Shown here: positions 1 to 10,961 of the stretch, piece by piece
How positions within the stretch are numbered: the first letter of the stretch is position 1
How the letters are laid out: every line of letters starts with the position of its first letter
DNA from: Bacteriovoracia bacterium
Lineage (GTDB): Bacteria > Bdellovibrionota > UBA1018 > JBFWNL01
DNA length: 64,000 nucleotides
Reading direction: 5' to 3'
NCBI GenBank assembly: GCA_050251055.1
Contig: JBFWNL010000011.1
Coordinates: forward strand, 32,001 to 96,000
Notes under the pieces: generated by a model
What the model was told of the DNA's origin: nothing
Database searches by the model: none
What the model saw: the letters and a program-made list of their open reading frames with translations, nothing else
Position numbers and translations under genes: made by a program

Positions 1-1
1 C

Positions 2-850
2 ACGCAATTCCATCGCCTAGCGGCCGAGCACCCCTATCTCCAATCGCCCCATGGGGTTTTCCACACGCTTTGGATCTCGTTGGGGAACCCGATCGACTAC
101 CCGAAGTTTCTCAACGCCGGAAAATTCCTATTCTGGGGCGGCAGCCTGCTCGCCCTTGCCCATGCCGCGCTGGGGTTCGCGAAAGAACCCGCCACCCGAG
201 GGATTCGGGCCGCGCTCGTCGCCGCTTATTTCTCTACTTGGTATCTTTGGGCCTCCAAACCCGAGACTTGGTTCACGGTCATGATCCACATGACCATGGG
301 TACATTGATGGCCTACGAGCTTGGCCGTTGGGTCCGAGCTAACCCCTCCCGCATGGCGCAGGGGGCGCTAGGCGCCGCCGCGGTCGCGCTCATCGTCGTG
401 CAAAGCGCGGTGGCCTGGGATCAATGGCGAAAGACACGCGAGGAATACACGTGGTCTAACTACCACGCGTGGGTGGATTGCCTGGAACGCGGCCTGGCGG
501 GAAGAAAAAAAATCTGGCAGCCGCACTGGCCGGACGCCCTGAATGAGCTGAAGCGCCGGGATTTTTCGCGCGACCTCACCCGCGCGGTCGACTTCCAAGG
601 CGTGGACGAGCTGATCGAGAAACACGCGGCGAACGTGGATGCAGTACTGCACAGTATCTTTATCCCTTACGGCCATGCCGACTGGCGCCGACGTCACGAG
701 GGCGCACCGACGGAGTCAGACCGCCATTGGGTCGGGGATTTCCCGTGGATGCCATTCAAGAATTTCGCGCGCGCGGAAGATCCCAAAAGCTATGCCTGCC
801 AGGTGGGCCCGTTCTGGGCGCTGCTGAGTTTTCCAAGGAGTAAGCCATGA
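2..850 (+). CDS. Membrane protein, probable GT-C glycosyltransferase (5'-truncated by window)
   Basis: Frame is open from nt 2, so the track start at 80 is internal. Several TM segments followed by a soluble C-terminal domain; ATGA overlap with the next GT-C gene. Confidence 0.6.
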   Translation, partial: TQFHRLAAEHPYLQSPHGVFHTLWISLGNPIDYPKFLNAGKFLFWGGSLLALAHAALGFAKEPATRGIRAALVAAYFSTWYLWASKPETWFTVMIHMTMGTLMAYELGRWVRANPSRMAQGALGAAAVALIVVQSAVAWDQWRKTREEYTWSNYHAWVDCLERGLAGRKKIWQPHWPDALNELKRRDFSRDLTRAVDFQGVDELIEKHAANVDAVLHSIFIPYGHADWRRRHEGAPTESDRHWVGDFPWMPFKNFARAEDPKSYACQVGPFWALLSFPRSKP

Positions 851-2526
851 ATCGCCTGGCGTTTTGGCTTTTGCTGACGCTAGGGATCCGCTTTCTTTCG
901 GCCGTGACGCGATCGAGCTGGAACCATCCCGACGAATGGTATCAAACCGTGGAGTTCGCCAACCTGTTGGTGAATGGGGCGGCCGCGTATACCCAGGAGA
1001 TCGGCCTCCACATGCGCAATCTCAGCTGGCCGCTACTCCTTGCGCTCCCCTTGAAGTTCGCCAACTGGATCGCCCCCGGCCACGTGGGATTTCGGGTTTT
1101 TAGCGTCGAATTCTTCACGGGCTTGGTGAATTTAGGATTGATAGGGGCCTGGTGGAGCTGGCTCACCTCCGCGCTCGCCAGCATCCGGCCCATTGAGCGC
1201 GCCTGGCGCTGGAGATCAATAGGAATGGGGCTTTTCGTGCTCCCGTTTTTCTTTTCCACGGATGCGATCCGGCCCAGCCAAGAGCACCTATCCGTGGTGA
1301 TGAGTTTCCTCGCGCTGGCTTTTTTTCATCGAAAACGCTGGTTGTTCACCGGCATTTGCCTCGTCGGCATCGGTGCCGTGAAGTACCCCGCTGGCCTGCT
1401 CTCGCTAGGAATGCTCGTGGCGTTTTGCCTACGCCATCCCCGTCCCTTTCTCCCGGCCCTGCTCCGCATGGGCGGAGGACTCGCGATCGGAGCGCTGATT
1501 TTTTTCGCGGGCGATGCGGCGGTATACGGAAGAGCGTGGGAAAGCCTTTGGATGTTCGTGCAGTACAACGTGTTCACGGGCCTGAGCCACCAGAACTTCG
1601 GCGCCCAAAGCGGGCTGTCGTACATGGAGCACTTCCAGTCCCGATGGGGATTCGGTTTCGTTTGGATTCCCGTCGGCGCACTCCTGCTTTTCGGCTGGCT
1701 GCGCGGTCTGCCTCGTTTCGTGCGTGACTACGACCCCGCCTTCTGGGGCATCGCTGCCTATCTGGCGGGGCATCTGGCCATCGCCCATAAGGAACCCCGC
1801 TTCATGCTCCCCGTCGAATATTTACTGACGGCTACGGGATTTATCGCGCTCGCCACCGATACGCGCGCGCGCGAGGGAATGGAAGCCGGCTTCGGAAAAT
1901 TTCGCGCCGTGCGCTGGATCAGCTACGCGGCGATGTTCGGGGGCACTCTGCTACTCGCGCACACCTGGCTGCGGGAAAACTGGGTGGCCAAGGAAACTTA
2001 CTTCGAGCTCAACTCCCACCTCGAAGAAATCAAACGCCCCTGCGCGATCGTGACCGTGCGTAAGCCTATGGCGGTGGATCTGCCGCCCTTAAGCGCAGGT
2101 GCTTTGGGTTACCTTACGGCTTCTCGGCGCGTCCTGAGCGACGAAGGACTGGAGCAAATGCCGCTGACTTGGATCGAGTCGGCGCCCCACTGCGAACCCG
2201 GCCAAAGCGTCCTGCTCCATCTGCACAACCCCCGCCCCAGCTGGGAGGAGCGCGGATGCCGCTTGTTACGTTCAGGGATATTGCGCGTGATGCCCGAGTC
2301 CTGGCAGGCGGCGGCGCTGGCGAAAAACTGGGTGAGTGGTCCCTGGTACGCCTGCCCCGCCACGGTGTTAGGCGCGTTTCCCCGCCAGGAAACCCGGGCG
2401 ATTCTCGCACGCGTGATCCGTCCGTTGGCCCAACTACCGCCGCTCGGCACGACCGGAGAGCAGCTCACGGAGCTCTTACGCAGTCGCGAACCCGGCGTCG
2501 GTGACGGAACTCTGGGGGACCGATGA
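847..2526 (+). CDS. Alg9/PIG-B-like (GT22) membrane mannosyltransferase
   Basis: N-terminal HPDEWYQTVE loop and HKEPRFMLP motif typical of GT22; polytopic membrane protein. Confidence 0.75.
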   Translation: MNRLAFWLLLTLGIRFLSAVTRSSWNHPDEWYQTVEFANLLVNGAAAYTQEIGLHMRNLSWPLLLALPLKFANWIAPGHVGFRVFSVEFFTGLVNLGLIGAWWSWLTSALASIRPIERAWRWRSIGMGLFVLPFFFSTDAIRPSQEHLSVVMSFLALAFFHRKRWLFTGICLVGIGAVKYPAGLLSLGMLVAFCLRHPRPFLPALLRMGGGLAIGALIFFAGDAAVYGRAWESLWMFVQYNVFTGLSHQNFGAQSGLSYMEHFQSRWGFGFVWIPVGALLLFGWLRGLPRFVRDYDPAFWGIAAYLAGHLAIAHKEPRFMLPVEYLLTATGFIALATDTRAREGMEAGFGKFRAVRWISYAAMFGGTLLLAHTWLRENWVAKETYFELNSHLEEIKRPCAIVTVRKPMAVDLPPLSAGALGYLTASRRVLSDEGLEQMPLTWIESAPHCEPGQSVLLHLHNPRPSWEERGCRLLRSGILRVMPESWQAAALAKNWVSGPWYACPATVLGAFPRQETRAILARVIRPLAQLPPLGTTGEQLTELLRSREPGVGDGTLGDR

Positions 2527-4343
2527 GGCGCTCCTCCGTATCTTGGTTTGAAAAAACCGCTTTCGCACTCGCCGGCTTGATCGCCGCCATGGGGCTTACC
2601 GGCGGGATCATCCTTTCGCTCCCCTTCGGCAAAATCGAATTTTCCTCCCTGGATCCCTGGATAGCGTGCTTTGCCCTGCTCTACGGCGGCCGTTTTCTAT
2701 TCCACCGGCTCCGCGGCACCACCCCGCCGGCCTCCGAAACGATGGCGAAGATCCGAAAAGCCGTAGGCAGGTTGATCACCCCCCCCGCCCAGGCGCGGGA
2801 TTCCACCCGGGCGGCGGCCCGACGCCCACTCGTGCTGCTTGCGGTTTGCTTCGGCGCGCTCTGGCTTGCGCACGTTTTCAAGCATTGGGCGCTGCAGACC
2901 CACGGATACGATCTCACCTTTCTCCACCAATCGCTTTTTCACCCCATCGTAGACGGGACCTGGCTACGCAACGACCTCAGCTATTGGGCCTCTTATTTCG
3001 GCGAACACTTGAGCTACACCCTATTCTTGTTCGTACCCTTCACGGAAATCTGGCCGTCGGACCTCACGATCTTTCTCTTTCAACCCTTGCTCATCGGGGG
3101 CGCCCTATTCGTGGCCGTTCGCCATGGGCCGCTCCGTCGCAGCCGCGATCTCTGGCTTTACGCCACGCTTTTGCTGATTTGCCACCGCGCCTTACGCAAC
3201 GCCGTGGTGTGGGATTTCCGGGAAGATGACCTGCTTTTTGCGACGCTCACGTGGGCGGCGATCGCACTATACCAAGGGAAATGGGGCCAGTATCTCGTGG
3301 CGCTCGCCTTAAGTCTGGGCACCAAGGAAAACGTCGGCTTGATCACGCCCTTCTTAGCCGTCCCCCTGCTATGGGACCGCCGGCTCAACCTGGGGGCCGG
3401 CGTGCGAAAGATGCTCGCCATCACGACGGTCATCGGTTCGGTGATTTGGGCGTGGGTCTGCTTCAAGATCCTCATCCCCCATTACAACCACGGCATCGAA
3501 TCGGGTAATAACATCGTTCAACGCTTCCCTGGCCTAGGCGCCACTCCCCGCGAAGTCTTGCTGAACATCCTGACCTCTCCCACCACCTGGTGGGTGCTAG
3601 TTCAGACTAAGCTGCTCGCGGCATCGGCGCTCAAGTACTTGCTCCTGCTCGTGGGCCCCTTCGCTTATTTCCTCTGGCGCGGCGGTCCCTCCGCTTGGAC
3701 CTGGCTTTTACCCGCGGCACCGGGCATTGCGATGAACCTGCTTTCGAGCGAGGGCACGCAACGCTCGCTGACCTTTCACTACGATTTGATCATCTTGCCG
3801 TTCCTGATCCTGCCGACGCTGCACGGGCTAGCGACCTTCGGTGGCCAAGTCGGTGCGCAGTCTCGGCATTTCGTCCCGCCGGCCCGGGTGAAGCTTCAGG
3901 CGTTGACGATCGCCCTACTCGTAGCCTTGGGGCTTTCCGGCCGCTGGCCCGGGCACGCCCTTCAAAAGCACCTACCGACTTGGCGGGAGTTTCAAAGCGC
4001 GCGATTCCTCGCAAACCTAGGCGAACCGGATCCCTCGAAGCACATTTACGCCGCAAACCTTTCCACTTTAGCGCAACTTTCTCGTTTCGAGCAGCTACGC
4101 CCGCTGAACGTGCCGTCTCGCCCGCTGGAACTCGATCGTCTCACCGCCTGGAAGATTTTTTGGGAGGGGAATCAGAAGGACCGCACCCAGATCGAAGGGC
4201 ACACGCCGCTCGAAGCGGACCAGATGATCCTCGACCAGACCATTCCGTGGGAAAAGTTCCTCGCTCAGGAGTTTTTGCTACGGGGTTGGTGGGAGCCCCG
4301 AAAAGATCCGGGCGAGCGGTTTATCTGGATCAGTCGGCGGTGA
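2523..4343 (+). CDS. DUF2079-like GT-C membrane protein
   Basis: GYDLTFLHQ, SYFGEHLS, WDFRED, LGTKEN and FHY motifs; many TM helices; ATGA coupling to the upstream gene. Confidence 0.7.
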   Translation: MRRSSVSWFEKTAFALAGLIAAMGLTGGIILSLPFGKIEFSSLDPWIACFALLYGGRFLFHRLRGTTPPASETMAKIRKAVGRLITPPAQARDSTRAAARRPLVLLAVCFGALWLAHVFKHWALQTHGYDLTFLHQSLFHPIVDGTWLRNDLSYWASYFGEHLSYTLFLFVPFTEIWPSDLTIFLFQPLLIGGALFVAVRHGPLRRSRDLWLYATLLLICHRALRNAVVWDFREDDLLFATLTWAAIALYQGKWGQYLVALALSLGTKENVGLITPFLAVPLLWDRRLNLGAGVRKMLAITTVIGSVIWAWVCFKILIPHYNHGIESGNNIVQRFPGLGATPREVLLNILTSPTTWWVLVQTKLLAASALKYLLLLVGPFAYFLWRGGPSAWTWLLPAAPGIAMNLLSSEGTQRSLTFHYDLIILPFLILPTLHGLATFGGQVGAQSRHFVPPARVKLQALTIALLVALGLSGRWPGHALQKHLPTWREFQSARFLANLGEPDPSKHIYAANLSTLAQLSRFEQLRPLNVPSRPLELDRLTAWKIFWEGNQKDRTQIEGHTPLEADQMILDQTIPWEKFLAQEFLLRGWWEPRKDPGERFIWISRR

Positions 4344-4345
4344 CC

Positions 4346-5203
4346 CTACTTCAACGCCCGCCGCATCGCTTCGATCGCCCCTGCGATCGGCTCACGTGAC
4401 GAGGGCAGGAATTCCTCGCTCGTGCGCGTGAACACCCGATCCCGGTTTTCGGCCACCGGCTCCGGCAGCGCCCCGAGCTGAAGCAAGTCGGCTTTCCCAA
4501 ACGCCTCGAACAGCGCACGGGCCAGATCGGCCAGCTGAATCGCTTGCCCGGAGTTCAACTCTAAAACCTGCATCCCTTCCCACGAACGTCTCAACACCTG
4601 GACCACCGAGGCCGCAATATCGTCGACGTGGTGGTACTCGCGGAGCTGTTTGCCCAACGTCATGCGGAACGGCTGTCGGGCGCGAAGGGAAGCCGCGATT
4701 TGCCCAAAGAACATATGCGGGCGAGGGTCGGGACCGTAGACCGTATGCAAGCGAAGATGCAGGAAACGTCCACGGCCTTCCGGACGCCGCGCTTGCGCTT
4801 CCACCCAGGTGCAAAGCTTGCGCTTCGAGCGAAAATAAGGATTCTTCTCCGCCGCGGCGGAAAATGTCTCGAAAACCGTGCCGATCGTCAGCAGGCGTGG
4901 ATTCCAGCGCGCTAAGGCTTCGGTTACCCGTTGGGGAAAGAGGACGTTCGCTTGAATCAACTTTTCCTCGGAAAACGAAGGATCCGTCAACCCATTGGCA
5001 ACGACGACCGTCCAGTCTCCACCCGAAACCGCGGACAATGCCTGCTGCCATTTCGTCGGGTCGGCCTGCCAATCCAGCGAAACCAAAGCCCCCCCATGTA
5101 AGACTTTCGAAGTCAGGTTCTGCAGCGACTGGAAAACCGCGCTTCCGATTTGTCCATCTGCACCGAACAGGGCTATGTTTTGGCGTTCTTGAATGATTTC
5201 CAT
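4346..5203 (-). CDS. NAD-dependent NDP-sugar epimerase/dehydratase (extended SDR)
   Basis: GADGQIG Rossmann motif, YFRSK (YxxxK), LRLHTVYGP and REYHHVDD. Confidence 0.8.
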   Translation of the reverse strand: MEIIQERQNIALFGADGQIGSAVFQSLQNLTSKVLHGGALVSLDWQADPTKWQQALSAVSGGDWTVVVANGLTDPSFSEEKLIQANVLFPQRVTEALARWNPRLLTIGTVFETFSAAAEKNPYFRSKRKLCTWVEAQARRPEGRGRFLHLRLHTVYGPDPRPHMFFGQIAASLRARQPFRMTLGKQLREYHHVDDIAASVVQVLRRSWEGMQVLELNSGQAIQLADLARALFEAFGKADLLQLGALPEPVAENRDRVFTRTSEEFLPSSREPIAGAIEAMRRALK

Positions 5204-5265
5204 AAAAAACGAGGCTGGTTCGTGTTAACCACAGCTATCTATTGAAGGAAAGACTAAAGAAAACT

Positions 5266-5292
5266 GAAAGCTCGCGGCAAAAATGCCGATGA
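5266..5292 (+). promoter_or_regulatory. Candidate sigma28 (FliA)-type promoter upstream of sucA
   Basis: GAAA-N15-GCCGATGA versus consensus TAAA-N15-GCCGATAA; one mismatch in each box and correct spacing. Confidence 0.4.
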
Positions 5293-5337
5293 AATAGCCG
5301 TAGGAATATAGGTAGTGCATCATAACATGAGGCCCCT

Positions 5338-8190
5338 GTGCAGAAATTCAGCTACTTAAAGAGTGGTAACGCGGAATATATCGACGAGCTCCTAGAGAAG
5401 TACCTGGAAAACCCCGAATCGGTCGACGCATCGTGGCGATACTTTTTTGACGGCCTAGAGCTCGGCGTCGAAACCGCGCAGCAAAATGGCCACACAAATG
5501 GGCACGCAAACGGCCACGCCAATGGTTACGCCAACGGAAACGGGACCGTCGCGACCACAGCCCAAGCCGCCACTCACGGGATGGATCTTAGCGCCGAAGC
5601 GAAGGTGGCCGAGCTCATCATGGCCTATCGCAACTTGGGCAAGCTCACGGCGAACCTCAATCCCATCAATCCCCCGCTGACCTCGCATCCGCTCCTTGAG
5701 CTTTCCGCCTTCGGGCTCACCGAAGGCGACCTTGGCCGCACTTTTTCCGCCGGCAAGCTATTAGGTCTCGGCAACGCGCCCCTGAAAGACATCCTCCAGC
5801 ACCTTCGTCAGACTTACAGCGACACGATGGCCGTGGAGTACATGCACATCCAGGATCCCTCCACCCGCGAATGGCTACGGGCGAAGATGGAATCCTCGCG
5901 CAACCGAGAAGCGCTGGAACCCGCCACGCGTAAGCGTATTTTGAAGCGCCTGACCGATAGTGAAACCTTCGAACGGTTCCTGCACACCCGCTACGTCGCG
6001 AAGAAACGTTTCTCCATCGAAGGCGGGGAAAGCCTGATTCCCGCGCTCGATCGCATGATCGAAGTCGCCGCGGAACTCGGCGCCACCAATCTCGTGATGG
6101 GGATGGCCCACCGCGGACGCCTCAACGTCCTCACCCATACCTTCTGTAAGAGCGCTGAATCTATCCTCATCGAGTTCGAGGAAGCGTTCGAAGACCTGGG
6201 CTCCATCGGCGATGTGAAGTATCACATGGGCTTTTCGGCCGATATCACCACGGCCGGCGGAAAAGCCGTGCACCTGTCCCTCGCCAATAACCCCAGCCAC
6301 CTGGAATTCGTCGACCCGATCGTCGTGGGCATGGCTTGCGCGAAGCAGGCGATCTTCAACGACGTCGAACACAACCAAGTGATTCCCGTGTTGATCCATG
6401 GCGAAGCCGCGTTCTCCGGCCAGGGCGTCGTGTACGAAACGCTAAACCTGGCGCAGTTGAAGGGCTACGCAAGCGGCGGCACCGTGCACATCGTGGTCGA
6501 CAATCAAGTCGGCTTCACGGCCGTCGCGGAAGAAACCCGCTCGACTCCGTTCGCCACCGATCTCGCGAAAATGATGGACGTGCCGATCTTTCACGTGAAC
6601 GGCGACGATCCGGAAGCCTTCTGGTACATCTCGCGGCTGGCCATCGAATTTCGCCAAAAGTTCAAGCGCGACGTCTTCATCAACCTGCTGTGCTACCGCA
6701 AGTACGGGCATAACGAGGGCGACGAACCCGCCTTCACGCAGCCGGTCTTCTACGCCAAGGTGAAAACTCATCCCTCCACGCGTGAGCTTTACGCGCAGAA
6801 GCTCGCCGAAGCCGGCGTCACCACCGAGGCCGAAGCCAAAGCCATGGTCGACGAGGTCATCGCCTCCCTCACCCAGGCCCAGCAGAACGCCCGCGCGGCC
6901 AAGCACAAGCCCAACGTAATGTCTTACGGTGGCAAATGGGAAAAGCTACGGCCCGGAACCGACGCGGACATGTTCAAACCCGTGAACACGGCCGTAGCGC
7001 CGATCGTGCTCAAGGAGATTTCCGAAAAAATCAACGTCTTCCCAAAAACCTTCAACCTGCACTCCAAACTCGGCCGCTTCTTTGAAGCTCGCCACAAGGC
7101 CGTTTCCGAAGGCAAGGGCATTGACTGGGGCTGCGCCGAGGCGCTCGCGTACGCGACGCTCGTAAACGAGGGGCACCCCGTCCGCCTTTCCGGCCAGGAC
7201 GTCCAGCGCGGAACCTTCACCCATCGCCATTCCGTTCTGCATGACTCCGTCACCGGCGAACTCTACGCGCCACTGAATCGCATCAGCGAGACTCAGGCCC
7301 GCTACCGCGCGTTCAACAGCCATCTTTCCGAAACCGGCGTGCTGGGATTCGAATACGGTTGGTCGCTTGCCGATCCGAACGCGCTCGTCATCTGGGAAGC
7401 GCAGTTCGGGGACTTCGCCAACGGCGCCCAGGTAATCATCGATCAGTTCATCGCATCTTCCGAAACGAAGTGGCGACGCGCGAGCGGCCTCGTGCTCTTA
7501 CTCCCGCACGGTTACGAAGGGCAAGGCCCCGAGCACTCCAGTGCGAGGCTGGAGCGCTTCTTACAGCTTTGCGGCCAGAATAACCTCTCGGTCTGCAATT
7601 TCACGACGCCGGCGCAGCTCTTCCATGCGCTTCGCCGCCAAATGAAACGGGACTTCCGCAAGCCCATGGTGGTCATGACGCCCAAGAGCTTGCTGCGCCA
7701 TCCGCTGGCGATTTCAAATCTCAGCGAGTTTTCCGGCGGCGGTTTCCACGAGGTGATCGACGATCTCGACTTGGCCTTTCCGGGCAAGTCAGAGGAAGTC
7801 AAACGCGTGCTCTTCTGCTCCGGCAAAGTTTACTATGACCTGTGGCAGGAACGGCAGAAGAAGGAACTGCATCAAACCGCGATCGTGCGCGTGGAGCAGC
7901 TTTACCCCTTCCCGGCCGACGCCATCTTGGGGGTACTGGGCCGCTATCCCAACGCCAAGGAAATCGTTTGGGTCCAGGAAGAACCCCGCAACATGGGGGC
8001 CTGGACCTTTTTCCACGGCCATTGGTCGGGCGCATTCACGGGGACGGATGGCGGCTTCGCCGAAAAGGTTCGGAAAATGCCGGCGTTGCGCTATGTGGGT
8101 CGCGAAGTGGCCGCCGCCCCCGCGGTTGGCTCGCACCACCTCCACGAAGAGCAGCAACACGCGCTTGTAGCCAAGGCCTTTGGCCCATAG
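5338..8190 (+). CDS. sucA: 2-oxoglutarate dehydrogenase E1
   Basis: GMAHRGRLN, GDVKYH, NPSHLE, WEAQFGDF and LLPHGYEGQGPEHSSAR motifs. Confidence 0.97.
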   Translation: MQKFSYLKSGNAEYIDELLEKYLENPESVDASWRYFFDGLELGVETAQQNGHTNGHANGHANGYANGNGTVATTAQAATHGMDLSAEAKVAELIMAYRNLGKLTANLNPINPPLTSHPLLELSAFGLTEGDLGRTFSAGKLLGLGNAPLKDILQHLRQTYSDTMAVEYMHIQDPSTREWLRAKMESSRNREALEPATRKRILKRLTDSETFERFLHTRYVAKKRFSIEGGESLIPALDRMIEVAAELGATNLVMGMAHRGRLNVLTHTFCKSAESILIEFEEAFEDLGSIGDVKYHMGFSADITTAGGKAVHLSLANNPSHLEFVDPIVVGMACAKQAIFNDVEHNQVIPVLIHGEAAFSGQGVVYETLNLAQLKGYASGGTVHIVVDNQVGFTAVAEETRSTPFATDLAKMMDVPIFHVNGDDPEAFWYISRLAIEFRQKFKRDVFINLLCYRKYGHNEGDEPAFTQPVFYAKVKTHPSTRELYAQKLAEAGVTTEAEAKAMVDEVIASLTQAQQNARAAKHKPNVMSYGGKWEKLRPGTDADMFKPVNTAVAPIVLKEISEKINVFPKTFNLHSKLGRFFEARHKAVSEGKGIDWGCAEALAYATLVNEGHPVRLSGQDVQRGTFTHRHSVLHDSVTGELYAPLNRISETQARYRAFNSHLSETGVLGFEYGWSLADPNALVIWEAQFGDFANGAQVIIDQFIASSETKWRRASGLVLLLPHGYEGQGPEHSSARLERFLQLCGQNNLSVCNFTTPAQLFHALRRQMKRDFRKPMVVMTPKSLLRHPLAISNLSEFSGGGFHEVIDDLDLAFPGKSEEVKRVLFCSGKVYYDLWQERQKKELHQTAIVRVEQLYPFPADAILGVLGRYPNAKEIVWVQEEPRNMGAWTFFHGHWSGAFTGTDGGFAEKVRKMPALRYVGREVAAAPAVGSHHLHEEQQHALVAKAFGP
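5485..5544 (+). repeat. Imperfect 12-bp repeat encoding NGHT-NGHA-NGHA-NGYA-NGNG linker in SucA
   Basis: Visible in both DNA and translation. Confidence 0.7.
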
Positions 8191-8268
8191 TTTTGCCGGT
8201 AATTCCGGATAATTATTGAAAAAAAACGTGAACTCCGGTTGAATGGGACTCAATCGCGAGGATCACAT

Positions 8269-9522
8269 ATGAAGCATGGCGTCAAAGCTCCAAACGTGGG
8301 CGAATCCATTACTGAAGTGAGCATCTTGAAGTGGGCCAAGAACGATGGCGAAGCCGTCAATGTTGGAGACGTTCTACTAGAAATCGAGTCAGATAAAGCC
8401 ACGGTGGAAGTCGTCGCGGAAACCAAGGGCGCACTGAAGATCCTCAAGGCCGCCGGTGAGCGCGTGCCGATCGGTGCCACCATTGGCGAGATCGACGACT
8501 CCGCGACGGGAACCGCGTCGGCCGGAGCTACCGCCAAACCCGCGGCAGCTCCCCGCACGCCACCGCCTTCCCCTCCGCCTTCGGCTTCGTCTCCCAGCCG
8601 CGCACCGGCTCCTAGCGCAGCCGCGGCGAGCGTCGCCCCCACTACCTCGGGTAGCGCGCGCATCAGCAAGAACGACTTCCTGAGTTACGTGGCTTCGGGC
8701 GGGGCTGGGGCTACCGCGCACGCAACGCCAGCGGCTCGTCCCGCGACCGCTTCCGTACCCGCGAGCGCACCCACCACGGGCACGGGCGCGACCAAGATGC
8801 AAGACCGTCCCGGCGACCGGCGCGTCCCCATGACCCGCATCCGCGCGAAGATCGCCGAACGCCTCGTGCAGGCCCAGCATACGGCCGCCATTCTCACCAC
8901 CTTCAACGAAGTCGACATGAGCGCGGTGATGAAGGTGCGCTCGGAATTTAAGGAAAAATTCCAAGCCAAGCATGGAGTGCCGCTCACCTTCATGTCTTTC
9001 TTCACGCGTGCCTCGGTCGAGGCGCTCAAGCAATTCCCGGCCGTGAATGCGTACATCGACGGCCAAGACACGATTTTCCACGATTATTACGACATCGGCA
9101 TCGCCGTCGGCACGGAACGCGGCCTCGTCGTGCCCGTCATTCGCAACGCGGAAAGCATGGGCTTCGTGGAGATCGAGAAAGCCATGGGCGATCTTGCCGC
9201 GCGGGCGCGTAACGGCAAGCTCTCGATCGCCGACATGGCGGGAGGCACCTTTACGATCTCCAATGGGGGCACTTACGGTTCGCTGCTCTCGACGCCTATT
9301 CTGAACCCCCCGCAAAGCGGCATCTTAGGTATGCACAAAATTGAAGAGCGCCCGGTCGCGATCGCAGGCAAGGTGGAAATCCGCCCCATGATGTACCTCG
9401 CGCTTTCCTACGATCACCGCATCATCGACGGCAAGGAGGCGGTCAGCTTCCTCGTCGCGCTCAAAGGCTTCCTGGAAAAGCCGGAAACCCTCGGATTGGA
9501 ACAGCTGAATGGCCTCAAATGA
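8269..9522 (+). CDS. sucB: Dihydrolipoamide succinyltransferase E2
   Basis: Lipoyl motif IESDKA and catalytic DHRIIDG; ATG at 8269 follows a GAGGA RBS. Confidence 0.96.
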   Translation: MKHGVKAPNVGESITEVSILKWAKNDGEAVNVGDVLLEIESDKATVEVVAETKGALKILKAAGERVPIGATIGEIDDSATGTASAGATAKPAAAPRTPPPSPPPSASSPSRAPAPSAAAASVAPTTSGSARISKNDFLSYVASGGAGATAHATPAARPATASVPASAPTTGTGATKMQDRPGDRRVPMTRIRAKIAERLVQAQHTAAILTTFNEVDMSAVMKVRSEFKEKFQAKHGVPLTFMSFFTRASVEALKQFPAVNAYIDGQDTIFHDYYDIGIAVGTERGLVVPVIRNAESMGFVEIEKAMGDLAARARNGKLSIADMAGGTFTISNGGTYGSLLSTPILNPPQSGILGMHKIEERPVAIAGKVEIRPMMYLALSYDHRIIDGKEAVSFLVALKGFLEKPETLGLEQLNGLK

Positions 9523-10933
9523 TCACTTTGATTTAGTTGTTATCGGCAGCGGCCCCGGCGGTTACGTCGCCGCCATTCGGGCGGCCCAGCTCGGCATGAA
9601 AACCGCTTGCATCGAGAAGGAGAAGACCCTCGGCGGAACGTGCCTGAACGTAGGCTGCATCCCCTCGAAGGCTCTGCTCGACTCGAGCGAGCACTACCTG
9701 CACGCCTCCAAAGGTAAGCTCACGAAGCACGGCGTGATGGTCGAGAACGTGAAACTCGACCTGCCCCAAATGCTCAAACGCAAAGACGACGTCGTCCGCC
9801 AGCTCACGAATGGCGTGCAATACCTCTTCAAGAAGAACAAAATCGAGTGGATCAAGGGCTCGGGCAAGCTCATCAACATTCAAACCCCGACCAAGCTCAT
9901 CGAGGTGGATAACCAAGGCGTGAAGACCACCCTCACCGCCGACAAGATCATTCTCGCCACCGGCAGTGCCCCGGCGGCGCTTCCCTTTTTGCCGTTTGAC
10001 GAAAAACGCGTGGTGAGTTCCACCGGCGCGCTGGCGCTGCCCACGGTACCCAAGCACCTGGTCGTAATCGGCGGCGGCGTGATCGGGCTCGAGCTGGGTT
10101 CGGTTTGGAAACGCTTGGGCGCCAAGGTGACCGTGATTGAATTCCAAGATCGCATCCTACCCGGCATGGACACGCAAAGCGTACAGGAGTTGCACAAAAT
10201 CCTGGTGAAGCAAGGCATGGAGTTCCTGCTCTCGACCAAATGCCTGGGCGCTCAGGCGTCCGGCGAATGGATGGTGGTGGATATCGAGGAACGCGCCACT
10301 GGAGAAAAAGGCAAGATCGAATGCGATACCATTCTGGTCGCTACCGGTAGGCGCCCCTACACTACCGGACTGGGTCTCGAAGAAGTCGGCATCGCGCTCG
10401 ATCAGGCGGGACGTATTCCTGTGAATGACCGGTTCGAAACCACGGCCAAAGGCATCTACGCGATCGGAGATGTCATCGACGGCCCGATGCTGGCGCACAA
10501 GGCCGAAGACGAGGGCATGGTCGTGGCTGAAATCATCGCGGGCCAGCATAGCCACGTCAACTACAACACGATTCCAGGCGTCGTTTACACGTGGCCCGAG
10601 TTCGCCAGCGTGGGTTTCTCGGAAGACGAGCTTAAGGCTAAATCTCACGCTTACAAGGTGGGCAGCTTTCCCTTCATGATCAACGGGCGCGCTAAGGCCA
10701 TGGATGAAACAGAAGGCTTCGTCAAAATCCTATCTGACGCGAAGTCCGGCATCGTGCTCGGAGTTCACATCGTAGGCCCTCGCGCCAGCGACATGATCGC
10801 CGAAGCGGTGGCGGTGATGGAGGCGCATGGAACGGCGGAAGAAATCGCTCGGACTTGTCACGCGCATCCTTCTCTCGCCGAAGTCATGCGCGAAGCCGCC
10901 TTAGCCGTAGACCAGCGTGCGATTCATCTCTAA
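9509..10933 (+). CDS. lpdA: Dihydrolipoamide dehydrogenase E3
   Basis: [19 protein letters not shown] redox disulfide and HAHPSLAE. Confidence 0.97.
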   Translation: MASNDHFDLVVIGSGPGGYVAAIRAAQLGMKTACIEKEKTLGGTCLNVGCIPSKALLDSSEHYLHASKGKLTKHGVMVENVKLDLPQMLKRKDDVVRQLTNGVQYLFKKNKIEWIKGSGKLINIQTPTKLIEVDNQGVKTTLTADKIILATGSAPAALPFLPFDEKRVVSSTGALALPTVPKHLVVIGGGVIGLELGSVWKRLGAKVTVIEFQDRILPGMDTQSVQELHKILVKQGMEFLLSTKCLGAQASGEWMVVDIEERATGEKGKIECDTILVATGRRPYTTGLGLEEVGIALDQAGRIPVNDRFETTAKGIYAIGDVIDGPMLAHKAEDEGMVVAEIIAGQHSHVNYNTIPGVVYTWPEFASVGFSEDELKAKSHAYKVGSFPFMINGRAKAMDETEGFVKILSDAKSGIVLGVHIVGPRASDMIAEAVAVMEAHGTAEEIARTCHAHPSLAEVMREAALAVDQRAIHL

Positions 10934-10961
10934 AATAGGTGATCGGTAGTCGCACCTGAAT

